Shown here: positions 45,677 to 55,252 of the stretch, piece by piece
Position numbering within the stretch: the stretch's first letter is position 1
Layout of the letters: each line of letters opens with the position of its first letter
NCBI GenBank assembly: GCA_023247255.1
Contig: JAHFGV010000003.1
Span: 5,315-69,314, forward strand
Reading direction: 5' to 3'
DNA: 64,000 bases
From: Candidatus Omnitrophota bacterium
GTDB lineage: Bacteria; Omnitrophota; Gorgyraeia; Aquiviventales; Aquiviventaceae
Made by a program: the position numbers and the translations under genes
Notes under the pieces: generated by a model
Databases searched by the model: none
Told to the model about the DNA's origin: nothing
The model's input: the letters and a program-made list of their open reading frames with translations, nothing else

Positions 45677-47518
45677 TTAAATCCATCCTTTAAACCAGTA
45701 GTAAACGATGCTTGCGTACTCATGGAAAATACCCCGGATCTGTTCCAGGCTGGACCCTGTCGTATGCGTGTAAAACTGACTTTGTACTACGGCGATAGGA
45801 ATCACATGAACGTTGGGCGCGAGTTTCTGCCACGTCCAGGTGGCACGGCGCATGTGGTAAGGAGAGCTTACCAGAAGCACGCGTTGCCATTTGTGTTGTT
45901 CGATAACACGTTTCACAGCCCTGACGTATTCAGCCGTACTGGCAGCCGTTTTTTCAACCAGGATCGCCGAAGGAGGAACTCCAAAGTCAATGGCTAGGGA
46001 ACGCATCAGATCTGCTTCCTGCAACACAAAGGTGTACCCGGATACGAAAATCAACTGCGCAGCCAAATCATCCTGGTACAAATCCACGGCTTGCTTGACC
46101 CGTTCCTGGTAGCCACCGCCGGCTTTTCCTGATTCTCCGACCCCTCCCGCAAACACAACGATGGCATCGGCATGTTGTGGCGCACTGCTAACGCGAAGCG
46201 GCTCGGCGATCACCCACAACAGCGGGCTGTGGAACAGAGCCAGATAACCCATCGTCAGGCTGACGGTTATGGCGAACATCCGGTGACGCGCCTTGCGATA
46301 CAACTGGAGCAAAAGTTCCCTCCAGGAATTTTCTGATGACTCATGCTGTTTGATCTGTTCTTCGATGAGATCGCTCATCTGCGTAATGCGCGCCTGCCAA
46401 CCATTCTGTTGGGCGACAGCGATGCGTTGGAGGCTGAGCGCTTTGTTTCTTCCGGCCAAGGCTTGCTCCAAGGCGGGTACGAATTCTTGATGCCCTGAAG
46501 CGATTTGAACGATGGGTCCGTGTTGGCTGTTAAAACGTCGAATTTCAGGCAAGTCGGTGGCGATCACAGGGATTCCCATGGCTAAATACTCATTGAGCTT
46601 GGTAGGATACACATGGTCGGTGTATGGGTTCAAGCGATAGGGTACGATTCCGACGTCAAACCCCTTCACGTATCGAGGTATCTCTTCGTGGCGTTTGGGT
46701 CCGAGCAACCGAATGTTCTTGCACTGCGAGAGTTTGGCAATATCCGTTTGGGCAGGACCCACGAGCACAAACGTGCCCTGAGGAAACTGCTTGGCAGTGG
46801 CCACCAAGAGATCCTGGTCCAGCCACTTGTGGATCCCCCCGACATAACCGACGATTGGTTGGGGCAGCGTTTTTAACTCTGCGGGGATCTCGTCAGGGCT
46901 GAGGCGTACCTGCTCGAATCGTTCATAGTCCACGCCGAATGGAAACAGAAACGCCTGGGATCGGAATTGGAGGGCCCGTTTTTGGAGCTTGGCAGAGGTG
47001 ACAAACACGCAATCCGCGGTTCGAAACAGATGGTCTTCGGTTCGACGGATGCGGTGGGCTGCAGAGGAGCTTGAGGCCAAATCGTCGATACAATAATAGA
47101 TCGTCAATCGCCCTTGCAGTGCACGGATGATCTGGCATGCCAGCGGGGTGGGCAGAAAGGTCCAAACGATGGGACGATGAAACTCCATGGCTCGCATCCA
47201 ACGATGGATGGCCCGCAGCAAGAAAGACCGGTTTATCCATTGGGCGATTCGGGAATAAGGAAATGGCAACAAAACCGGGGAATAAACGAACAAGCCTTTC
47301 TTTTCCTCACGGAAGCCCTTGGTTCCCCGAATCCAGTTTCGGATTCTCTTGCGTAAGCGTGGCAGATCACGCAGGGTAGGTGCGCGCACTCCGGTGTTCT
47401 CAATGAACAAGACACGGTTCCCAGAGTCGGCAAGACTCGACATAATCTGCTGGTGACCCTGCCAGATGAAATCCCAGTCGATGGAGGAAATACAAATGAT
47501 ATCGCAACCTTTGAGCAT
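45677..47518 (-). CDS. Two-domain protein: GT4 glycosyltransferase fused to a C-terminal DUF218 (YdcF/ElyC/SanA-like) domain
   Basis: Residues ~1-380 are GT-B/GT4-like. Residues ~430-613 (IFVSGYTFVLQEADLMRSLAIDFGVPPSAILVEKTAASTAEY...LLVSSPYHMRRA) match the DUF218 fold. Confidence 0.65.
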   Translation of the reverse strand: MLKGCDIICISSIDWDFIWQGHQQIMSSLADSGNRVLFIENTGVRAPTLRDLPRLRKRIRNWIRGTKGFREEKKGLFVYSPVLLPFPYSRIAQWINRSFLLRAIHRWMRAMEFHRPIVWTFLPTPLACQIIRALQGRLTIYYCIDDLASSSSAAHRIRRTEDHLFRTADCVFVTSAKLQKRALQFRSQAFLFPFGVDYERFEQVRLSPDEIPAELKTLPQPIVGYVGGIHKWLDQDLLVATAKQFPQGTFVLVGPAQTDIAKLSQCKNIRLLGPKRHEEIPRYVKGFDVGIVPYRLNPYTDHVYPTKLNEYLAMGIPVIATDLPEIRRFNSQHGPIVQIASGHQEFVPALEQALAGRNKALSLQRIAVAQQNGWQARITQMSDLIEEQIKQHESSENSWRELLLQLYRKARHRMFAITVSLTMGYLALFHSPLLWVIAEPLRVSSAPQHADAIVVFAGGVGESGKAGGGYQERVKQAVDLYQDDLAAQLIFVSGYTFVLQEADLMRSLAIDFGVPPSAILVEKTAASTAEYVRAVKRVIEQHKWQRVLLVSSPYHMRRATWTWQKLAPNVHVIPIAVVQSQFYTHTTGSSLEQIRGIFHEYASIVYYWFKGWI

Positions 47519-47754
47519 GACTACAACGGTGACCAGTAACTAATACAAACGCACTTATTGTTGAGACATTGAGTGCGTTTGTATTGTACGCAACAGGATG
47601 TCTTATAGTCTGATACAAACGAATTATCCTCTGGCATTGTCGCGTTAGATCATTCGTTTGTATTAGCTCCGTTCCTCGTGACCTGTGGCATACAAAGCCT
47701 TCACCGACGTATTTCTGTTTTTCACTGGTCACTGACCACCAGGAACGGGTCACT

Positions 47755-47850
47755 AACGCAGGACCCTTTCCTCGAATTTTGCAAAACCTCAGTCATGACA
47801 CATAACTCATGAAACATGACACAATCCTCATTACTTCTCTTGGAATATGA
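47755..47850. mobile_element. MITE-like element, family B (partial)
   Basis: ttttgcaaaacctcagtcatgacacataactcatgaaacatgacacaatcctcattacttctcttgg. Confidence 0.65.
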
Positions 47851-49060
47851 CACAGACACCACGGACAAGACTCTCAGCGGCAAAAAGGCTGAGCACCAAC
47901 TCCCAAGGAACCCGATGTTTCATGTTGATGGCCGTAGCCGCATGCAGGAGTGCTAACCCACCCACCGCGGCCATCAACATTACAATCCAGTGACGCTGCA
48001 TGGGTGTCGCTTGTTTCCAATGCCCGATGAGTCCTCCTACGCCAAAGATCAAAAGGAGGATATAGACGCCTCGGTAGAGCCTTTGCTGCCAAGCATTATA
48101 CTCGATTCCCGCATTTGGGGAGAACCAGAAAAATGCCCAGAGCTTACGGATGAACAACCCGATGGATCGTCCTGGATGCGTACGGACAAAGCGCTTGACC
48201 TCTTCGAGGAATATTTCGTACTGTTCTAATTCGGAAGCGCTAGCGATCTTGGCTTGCAATTCAGGCTCGGTGAGGTAAAAGACACGCTGTCCTTCCCCGT
48301 CGGAGTAGGTCCCGTTTGAGTGGGGATTATTCCCAAGCCAAAGGATATGGGCGGCGTCCGTCGTCAGGATGAGGCGTCCAAAGAGCCGGTAGTTCCTGAT
48401 GAGCCATGGCGCTATGATGAGCAATGCCACAACCAACCAGACGCAAGCCCTGCGCGCCACCACCGCTTTCTTCATTCCAGGAAAAAGAGCCCTACTCAGC
48501 CACATCACAAGGCCAGGAACCAGCAGCGTGGCCCGTTGCCAGAGCGAGAATCCCATCATTAGTCCTGCCAAGGCACTCCGGCGCAACCCACCGGCGTGAT
48601 CGCTCATGGCCCAGAGGATGCTGAGGGCCGTCGCAACGAACAACAAGGCATCCAAGCTGAGCGGGTGGATGAAGTGAGTGTCGTAGTAGACCAGAAAAGG
48701 GTTCGCCGAAGCGATCATTCCGGCAACGACGGCTCTTGAAACATTGCGAAACAGATGATAGCCGATCAGGCTCACCCCAAGGGCGGTGGCAATACCGAAA
48801 AGGCTTTGAACGAGCATGACCGTGACCGCATGCGTCTTACCGCCACGGCTCAGCCAAGAGAGCAGGATGATGTAGAGGGGTTCTTTCCAGGCGTGGTAAG
48901 TCGCTCCATACTGCTCGAACACAAAACCTCGTCCTGCATTGAGATTGTCCGCGATGATCGATGGCTCAAAATGTTTGAGTGTCCCTGGCGTCGGATCGCA
49001 GAGCAGGAGAAGCCCACGAGCCAGCAATCCGGTTGCAATCACCCACAGAAATCTCTTCAT
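47831..49060 (-). CDS. GT-C fold polytopic membrane glycosyltransferase (ArnT / PMT_2 family-like)
   Basis: ~11 TM helices, N-terminal periplasmic-loop Asp motif region. Family-level call only. Confidence 0.6.
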   Translation of the reverse strand: MKRFLWVIATGLLARGLLLLCDPTPGTLKHFEPSIIADNLNAGRGFVFEQYGATYHAWKEPLYIILLSWLSRGGKTHAVTVMLVQSLFGIATALGVSLIGYHLFRNVSRAVVAGMIASANPFLVYYDTHFIHPLSLDALLFVATALSILWAMSDHAGGLRRSALAGLMMGFSLWQRATLLVPGLVMWLSRALFPGMKKAVVARRACVWLVVALLIIAPWLIRNYRLFGRLILTTDAAHILWLGNNPHSNGTYSDGEGQRVFYLTEPELQAKIASASELEQYEIFLEEVKRFVRTHPGRSIGLFIRKLWAFFWFSPNAGIEYNAWQQRLYRGVYILLLIFGVGGLIGHWKQATPMQRHWIVMLMAAVGGLALLHAATAINMKHRVPWELVLSLFAAESLVRGVCVIFQEK

Positions 49061-49064
49061 CCAA

Positions 49065-50246
49065 TCACCCCTGCCCAGTGGCATTAATGATTTCTGGCCG
49101 TGCCAGTTGCCATGCCACCCTGACGCAGTAGACCCATGTCAAGACTCCAAGGAATCCGACGATGAACATTCCGATCAAATCCCCGATGTGCAAAAGACGG
49201 AGGTTCGCGGTCACCGATCTGACGCCGTAGAGACCATTGAGCCCCGCCTGCCAGTAAGATCCCGCGATGAATAGACCCGCGAGGATGCTGTACAGGAACG
49301 CTTGCCGTCGGTTGACGATCAGCCAGAACGGAACGACCCAGACCAGCCACTGGATACCAAACCCGGGGCTGATGGCATAGAGTCCCACAAGGAATAACAG
49401 GCTCGATTTCCAAGGATCCTGAGATTTTACGCGCCATGTCCAGAGTCCAAAGGCAAGAGCCCAGAGCCAGTAGAAGGACGCTCCGTAATGCTGGAGGAAT
49501 TGATTGATGGGATCGGTGATGGCGCTCACACTGTTTAGCCCGAGCATGGCCAGCAGGCGAGGACCTTGGACCAAGGGGATGGTATATCCCCAGGAGCCAT
49601 AGGTCCACGTCGGGGAAAAGATTCTGCCTGGAGAATGACTCTCTAGCAGCGAGAGATTGAGGAGAAGAAACGTGATACCGAACACTGCCAGCACCATCGG
49701 CCGCTGGACTTTCGAGCGCTTCAGGAATAGGACGATCAAAACCGCATAATGCTGGCGTACACTTCCGGCGAGTCCCAGTGCTAATGCCCCGAGTTTAAAC
49801 CGATTCCGCTCCAGTAGCCAGAACGCCAGGACCGCTGCGGCCATGGCAACGGTATGGAGCTGACCATGGTAAACCGAAAGGAGAAACGTCACGGGATTTA
49901 GCATGTACGCAATCGCCGCGCGCTCCCCGCCCCTCAAGGTCGTGCGAAGTAGAAGGGCTACCCCGAGATCTGCAACGATTGCCGGTGTCTTCAGCAAGAA
50001 CGAAAATGGAATCCCCGTGAAGTGTGAGGTCATGAGGCACGCTGCCGCAATCAGGTAATGACCTAACGGAAAGAACGCGGGTCCCCCGCCGGTATTCTGG
50101 GGATCGAACAGGTCATGGCCAGCTAAAAAGGCCGATGCCTGCAGGGACGTTTGGTAGATATCAGCGGTCCAGCCCCATACTGAGGCCAGAACAAGTTTAA
50201 GGAGTGTTACTGCCAAAAGGAGCCACACAATGCGCCGACCGGGCAT
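49065..50246 (-). CDS. GT-C fold polytopic membrane protein (DUF2029 / GT87-like mannosyltransferase family)
   Basis: ~10 TM helices, hydrophobic throughout. Stop lies 4 nt upstream of the next gene start. Confidence 0.5.
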   Translation of the reverse strand: MPGRRIVWLLLAVTLLKLVLASVWGWTADIYQTSLQASAFLAGHDLFDPQNTGGGPAFFPLGHYLIAAACLMTSHFTGIPFSFLLKTPAIVADLGVALLLRTTLRGGERAAIAYMLNPVTFLLSVYHGQLHTVAMAAAVLAFWLLERNRFKLGALALGLAGSVRQHYAVLIVLFLKRSKVQRPMVLAVFGITFLLLNLSLLESHSPGRIFSPTWTYGSWGYTIPLVQGPRLLAMLGLNSVSAITDPINQFLQHYGASFYWLWALAFGLWTWRVKSQDPWKSSLLFLVGLYAISPGFGIQWLVWVVPFWLIVNRRQAFLYSILAGLFIAGSYWQAGLNGLYGVRSVTANLRLLHIGDLIGMFIVGFLGVLTWVYCVRVAWQLARPEIINATGQG

Positions 50247-50247
50247 C

Positions 50248-50934
50248 TTAAGATTTCTTACGGCCCAAGATCCAATTTGAAATTCCCAGTGGCGAACGAT
50301 AGGGGATTCTGCCAAGGAAGGTAAGGAGCCCAGGTGGAGTGACGTTTGGAAACAACCATCCGCCACAGCCTACTCGCTCGATTTCAAGAGCCGCTGACTC
50401 AAGCAAGCCACGCAGATAGGCGCTTGTGTAGCGCAACACCAACCGATGCTCACGATCCATCAGGGCAAACAGGCATTGCAGCAGGTTGCTGCGGTTGGGC
50501 TCCGCCACGAGGACGTACCTGCGGCTCACACGAGCCATTTCCGCAACGGCCGGCCGTGGATCAGCAAGATGATGCAGCACCTCCCAGCCGTAGACAAGGT
50601 CAAAGCTATTGCTCTCAAACGGCAAGGCGAGGGCATCAGCGATCCCTACCCTTGCCTTCGCGCGCAAGGGGTGTCGCAAGAGCATGTCCTCGGATCGATC
50701 GACGGCCCATAGATCAGCTATATGTTCTTGCATGTAATACGTGGAGATGCCGCTGCCGCAACCAACGTCCAACGCATTCTTAATGTCGCACCAATCAAGC
50801 CACTCGCTGAGGTATTCGATTCGCTGCCTGGCGAAGAACCTAACCACCGTATGATCGTAGGCCCTGAACCGCTTAGCATCCTTCCAATAATCATGTTGTG
50901 AGCCGACGGTCGCAGAAGATCTCACCGTCGTCAT
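50248..50934 (-). CDS. Class I SAM-dependent methyltransferase (Methyltransf_11/25 type)
   Basis: LDVGCGSGIST (motif I), LPFESNSFDLVYGWEVLHHL. The track ORF's N-terminal 121 aa overlap asnB-2 out of frame, so the start is placed at MTTV (ATGA overlap with the asnB-2 stop). Confidence 0.75.
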   Translation of the reverse strand: MTTVRSSATVGSQHDYWKDAKRFRAYDHTVVRFFARQRIEYLSEWLDWCDIKNALDVGCGSGISTYYMQEHIADLWAVDRSEDMLLRHPLRAKARVGIADALALPFESNSFDLVYGWEVLHHLADPRPAVAEMARVSRRYVLVAEPNRSNLLQCLFALMDREHRLVLRYTSAYLRGLLESAALEIERVGCGGWLFPNVTPPGLLTFLGRIPYRSPLGISNWILGRKKS

Positions 50935-52862
50935 GACGAGGGAGTGGCGATCATTCGCGGGCCGTAACCAATCGGCGTAGGATCCTCTGGACGCTTTTCC
51001 ATAAACTGTTGCCACCAGAGAGAAAGACACAGCAGGCCCCAAAGTTTGTGCGAGTGATCCGCCACGCCCTTGCCATGTTCCTGGATAAGTCGCTCGATCT
51101 GTGAGCGCTCGAACATCGCGAAGATTCCGGGCCGGACATCGAGCAGATGACGGTGCACGAATGCGCGTTGTTCCTCTTTGAGCCATCGAGCTACGGGGAT
51201 GTTGAACCCGGCTTTCGATCGAGCTCGCACCGCGTCGGGAAGCAGCCGCCGGGTGGCTCGACGCAGCAAGGTCTTGTCGTGTCTGCCCCAAGGGCACTTC
51301 GTCCGATCGGACAGAGCGAATGCGAACTCAACCAGACGGTAATCGAGGTAAGGGGTCCTCGCCTCGAGCCCCCAGGCCATCGTCATGCGGTCGACTTTGA
51401 CCAACATGTCATTGGGAAGATAGAAGCGAAGATCGGCATAGAGGAGCTTGTTGATGAACCCCCAGTCTTTGGCATGTTCAAGGTAGGGTTCGTAGAGGCT
51501 TGCCATCGCGGATCTCGCCGCTTGGGTCTTCCAGAGCGCGCGCTTTTCTTGTTCGCTAAAGATCACCCGCCATGAGGCATGGGCATGGGCCGTGTCACGA
51601 ATATCCGCGTTGACGAAGCGACGCAGTCGCGACTCGAGGCTGCCTTTGCGGACGGACACTGGCAGGCGATTCACCATCGGACGAATCACGCCCTCCCGAA
51701 GAACCGCTGGAAATTGCCGGTAGAACGCTGCCAGCCGCGTCGCAAGATACGTGGGGTAGCCGCCCAACAACTCATCGGCCCCATCGCCAGTCAGCACGAC
51801 TTTCACTTCCTCACGAGCCCGCTGAGCCAGGCGGTAGAGTGCGAGCATGGACGCATCGGCCGTGAGTTCCTCGCTATGCCAGACGATTGTGGGCAGCTGC
51901 TCAAGATCGTGCGACTCCACCAGGGCTTCGTGATGCGTCGTGCCGAGGCTGCTGGCAACCAACCGCGCCGCAGCCGCCTCGTTGTAAGAGCGATCGCGAA
52001 AAGTTGCCGTAAATGTCTTCACGGGATGAATCCGATCACGCTGCATCCATCCCACGACGGCACTCGAGTCAAGCCCGCCACTTAAGAACGCGCCCACTTC
52101 GACATCGCTCACTAGACGCATACGGACCGCATCGAAAAGCAGCGCCTCGAAGTGAGCGATTGCCTGACGCCCATCCTGAGCTGACGGTTCAATGTCCCAG
52201 TATTGGGTAAACTGCGGCGCTTTGTCCCTTCGGTAGACGGCGTACTGTCCCGGGAGCAACTGGAAGACCCCCTCAAAGAGCGTCAGAGGTGCCGGGGTGT
52301 AGTTCAGTGAGAGGAACCGATGGAGCGCTTCCTCATTGAGCGCGGGTGCTGTCGGCAAGGCTGGCAGGAGTCCCTTGATTTCTGAGGCAAAGGCAAGACA
52401 CGAAGGATGCAGGCTGTAAAACAACGGCTTGACGCCGAGGCGATCCCGCACAAGCCACAGCATCTGTTCATCGGCATCCCAGAGGGCAAAGGCAAACATC
52501 CCATTGAACCGAGCTAGGCATGCTCGGCCCCATTCCTGATACGCATACAGGATGACCTCGGTATCCGTCCGAGAACGGAAGGAATATCCACGTGCCTCGA
52601 GTGTCTGGCGGAGCTCTTGAACGTTAAAAATCTCTCCATTATAGGTTATCCAGATTCGCCCATCGGGCGTCGACATCGGTTGAGCGCCCGCAGGGCTCAG
52701 ATCCAATACGGCTAAGCGCCGATGGCCAAGCCCGATGGGTCCGTTCACGTAGATGCCCTCGCCGTCAGGGCCGCGGTGGGCGAGCAGCCGGGTCATCCGT
52801 TCGATCACCTCGCGTGAAACGGGTTCGCCTGTTCGATTCCAAAGCCCTGCGATACCGCACAT
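50931..52862 (-). CDS. asnB: Asparagine synthase (glutamine-hydrolysing) family amidotransferase, copy 2
   Basis: MCGIAGLW..., SGGLDSS PP-loop. Paralogous to 43565-45532. Confidence 0.85.
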   Translation of the reverse strand: MCGIAGLWNRTGEPVSREVIERMTRLLAHRGPDGEGIYVNGPIGLGHRRLAVLDLSPAGAQPMSTPDGRIWITYNGEIFNVQELRQTLEARGYSFRSRTDTEVILYAYQEWGRACLARFNGMFAFALWDADEQMLWLVRDRLGVKPLFYSLHPSCLAFASEIKGLLPALPTAPALNEEALHRFLSLNYTPAPLTLFEGVFQLLPGQYAVYRRDKAPQFTQYWDIEPSAQDGRQAIAHFEALLFDAVRMRLVSDVEVGAFLSGGLDSSAVVGWMQRDRIHPVKTFTATFRDRSYNEAAAARLVASSLGTTHHEALVESHDLEQLPTIVWHSEELTADASMLALYRLAQRAREEVKVVLTGDGADELLGGYPTYLATRLAAFYRQFPAVLREGVIRPMVNRLPVSVRKGSLESRLRRFVNADIRDTAHAHASWRVIFSEQEKRALWKTQAARSAMASLYEPYLEHAKDWGFINKLLYADLRFYLPNDMLVKVDRMTMAWGLEARTPYLDYRLVEFAFALSDRTKCPWGRHDKTLLRRATRRLLPDAVRARSKAGFNIPVARWLKEEQRAFVHRHLLDVRPGIFAMFERSQIERLIQEHGKGVADHSHKLWGLLCLSLWWQQFMEKRPEDPTPIGYGPRMIATPSS

Positions 52863-52949
52863 CGTCAGTTGTGGTGGTATATAGCAGATAGCTCGATAAC
52901 AGATAGCACATAGAAAAACGACATGCCGTTCTTCGCTCCTATCTCTGTG

Positions 52950-53870
52950 CTATCTGCTATTTGCTATGTGCTGAATTCTCGCTTTTGAAAAATCGCGCTC
53001 GAGTTGCTCTTTGCGAAGCTGGGCAATCTGATCAGAGATCAATCCCACAGAGAACAACAATAACGACGTGAGGAACAACAACAGTGCCCCGACGCTTATG
53101 CCACGACCCGCCAGAGCATAGGGAACTCCCCAGACAATCCCCGCGACGCATGTGAGGGCGCTGATTGGCAGAAACACCCGCAGGGGATCGATGAGGGTCG
53201 CGATCCTCAAGAGCAGCATCAAAGTATCCAATCCTGTCCGAACAGTGACACGCCCCTGCGATGAAGCGGCAATGACCTCAACAGGCACAAACCTGACCCG
53301 GTAGCCCCAGGCCATTAGAAGCACCAGGCTTGTAGCCGTAAATGAGTAGCCCTCTGCGCAGAGGGGTAGGTATCTGAGGATGACAGATCGTCGGTACATT
53401 CGTAATCCGCAGTTCAGGTCCGGAATCCGTCGTTTCACCAGGTAGCTGCTCAAGCGTTTGAGAAGCCATTTCCCTGGAAGTTTCCAGAACGTGCTGTGCA
53501 GCCAATGGATGCGATGTCCTGCGACGAGATCGTAAGTATCCGCAACGGTAAAGAATTGCTCGATGGCGCTTGTTGGATGCTGTCCATCCCCGTCGAGGGT
53601 TAGGACGAACTCGCCAGTCGCTGCGAGAATTCCGGACTTCAATGCAGCTCCATAGCCGCGCGATACGGGATGATGAATGACCCGCGCTCCGGCGGCTTTC
53701 GCGAGTGAGGCCGTCTCATCTTGTGAGCCATCATCCACGACGATGACCTCAGACAAGAAAGAATGATGGGACCATAGATCAGAAACCACTTGTCGAATGG
53801 TTCCAGCTTCATTCTGGGCTGGGATTACGACTGAGACACAGCGGGAATCGATCATCAGGATTTCTCGCAT
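52950..53870 (-). CDS. GT2 polyprenyl-phosphate glycosyltransferase (DPM1/ArnC/GtrB-like) with C-terminal TM helices
   Basis: VSVVIPAQNE...VIVVDDGSQDET...DGDGQHP (DxD/ED motifs) plus two C-terminal TM segments. Confidence 0.8.
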   Translation of the reverse strand: MREILMIDSRCVSVVIPAQNEAGTIRQVVSDLWSHHSFLSEVIVVDDGSQDETASLAKAAGARVIHHPVSRGYGAALKSGILAATGEFVLTLDGDGQHPTSAIEQFFTVADTYDLVAGHRIHWLHSTFWKLPGKWLLKRLSSYLVKRRIPDLNCGLRMYRRSVILRYLPLCAEGYSFTATSLVLLMAWGYRVRFVPVEVIAASSQGRVTVRTGLDTLMLLLRIATLIDPLRVFLPISALTCVAGIVWGVPYALAGRGISVGALLLFLTSLLLFSVGLISDQIAQLRKEQLERDFSKARIQHIANSR

Positions 53871-55213
53871 GCCTTTACTTCAAGCGCAAGGGGTTTAATC
53901 CCCGCGACCATCCATCCCCGATCCTTAGCGCTCAGAACCTGCTTGAGTCCTGCTGACTCAAGCAAGGCGATGGCCTTTGCTTGGCTGTAGCGCCACTCGA
54001 TGGGAGTCGAGAACCGGTCATAAAGATCGCCAGCGAGACTCAGGGGGTTCTTGGCATGACGAAAAGGAAAACTTAAGGCGAATGAGCCACAGCCGCGGAT
54101 GCGGCGAAGGATATGATAAGGGACGGTGAATAGGAGGTAGACGAAAGGGGAGGCGAGCTGACAAAACTTGTACAACAGCCAATGAGGCACGTGTGGGGTG
54201 AGCTTCCTCAACTGGTTGGCGACAAGAAGGAGCCACCGCCAGCCTATTGACCGGTCGCTGAAGTCTTCATAGAGATACACGGCAATAGTACCTCCCCCTT
54301 TGAGCACGCGTACTAATTCCTGCAGGCCTTCTTGCGGTGAAGAAAGATGATGGAGCACTCCATAGGAGTACACGAAGTCAAAGGTATTGTCATCAAACGG
54401 CAGGCAGCAGAGATCCGCCTGAGCCACATGGCTGTTAGGCGTTGAAGCCAATCGCTTCAGGCTTGCATGGCAACCGGTTTCGGTGAGTTCAACCCCGATG
54501 ATTTCAACGCCCGGGCGGTGAGCCTGGTTTGCCAAGTCAATGCCATCCCCACACCCACCATCTAAAACCAACCCCTGCGCAGGAGACAGACTCAGACGCT
54601 GTTCCATTCGATCAAAGTGGTAGGATCGGTGGGTATGCGCTTTTTGTGAACGGCTCCAGAGATAACCGAAGCTGGAGGCTGTTCTCGTCGTTAACCAAGC
54701 GCTTTTCTGCAAGCTCTGTGGATCCCCACCAGAGGATCCTGTGGCATCCAGAAATACGCCCCGCGTGGGGCGACATCCCGCCCACCCAATCATTGAAGCA
54801 AACCAACTGGGCCCTATGCCTTCGGCCGTGGCCCGATGGCGGGGAGGAGCCTCTCGAGAGGAGCCTGTGGCACCGGTAAGTCCACCTCCCCACCCATCGG
54901 CTGTTGCACTGTCGTGTTGCTCACGGCCAAAGGCCGTGGCGCAATGGCGGGGTGGAATGCATCGGGGCAAGCCATCTTGGATCACGTAGGATTCTTGGCA
55001 CGTCGTACAAGATAGAGTAGCCGCCAGAACATCGTACGCGGCACAGCGTGAGCAGTCGCGGGGACCTCCTACGATATCTAAAAAGGGACACAACCCTTGG
55101 CAGGGTTTGAGGGATTTATCTGAGACTTCCACCTGTCGTATTTGCGGCTTCTCCATGCGAAATGAAGAATGGCAGACCGGGCATCTTAACGTTTCCAATA
55201 ATCGCAGTTTCAT
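53855..55213 (-). CDS. Trm112-like zinc-ribbon N-domain fused to a class I SAM methyltransferase, with an in-frame repeat-derived linker
   Basis: MKLRLLETLRCPVCHSSF...CTTCQESYVIQDGLPRC (Trm112p-like), then a low-complexity insert (ATAFGREQHDSATADGWGGG...RATAEGIGPSWFASMIGWAGC), then LDGGCGDGI / LKGGGTIAV MTase motifs. Confidence 0.7.
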   Translation of the reverse strand: MKLRLLETLRCPVCHSSFRMEKPQIRQVEVSDKSLKPCQGLCPFLDIVGGPRDCSRCAAYDVLAATLSCTTCQESYVIQDGLPRCIPPRHCATAFGREQHDSATADGWGGGLTGATGSSREAPPRHRATAEGIGPSWFASMIGWAGCRPTRGVFLDATGSSGGDPQSLQKSAWLTTRTASSFGYLWSRSQKAHTHRSYHFDRMEQRLSLSPAQGLVLDGGCGDGIDLANQAHRPGVEIIGVELTETGCHASLKRLASTPNSHVAQADLCCLPFDDNTFDFVYSYGVLHHLSSPQEGLQELVRVLKGGGTIAVYLYEDFSDRSIGWRWLLLVANQLRKLTPHVPHWLLYKFCQLASPFVYLLFTVPYHILRRIRGCGSFALSFPFRHAKNPLSLAGDLYDRFSTPIEWRYSQAKAIALLESAGLKQVLSAKDRGWMVAGIKPLALEVKACEKS

Positions 55214-55252
55214 CCCGATCGCCTGGTGGGTGTTTGAGAGACGTGAGCCATC

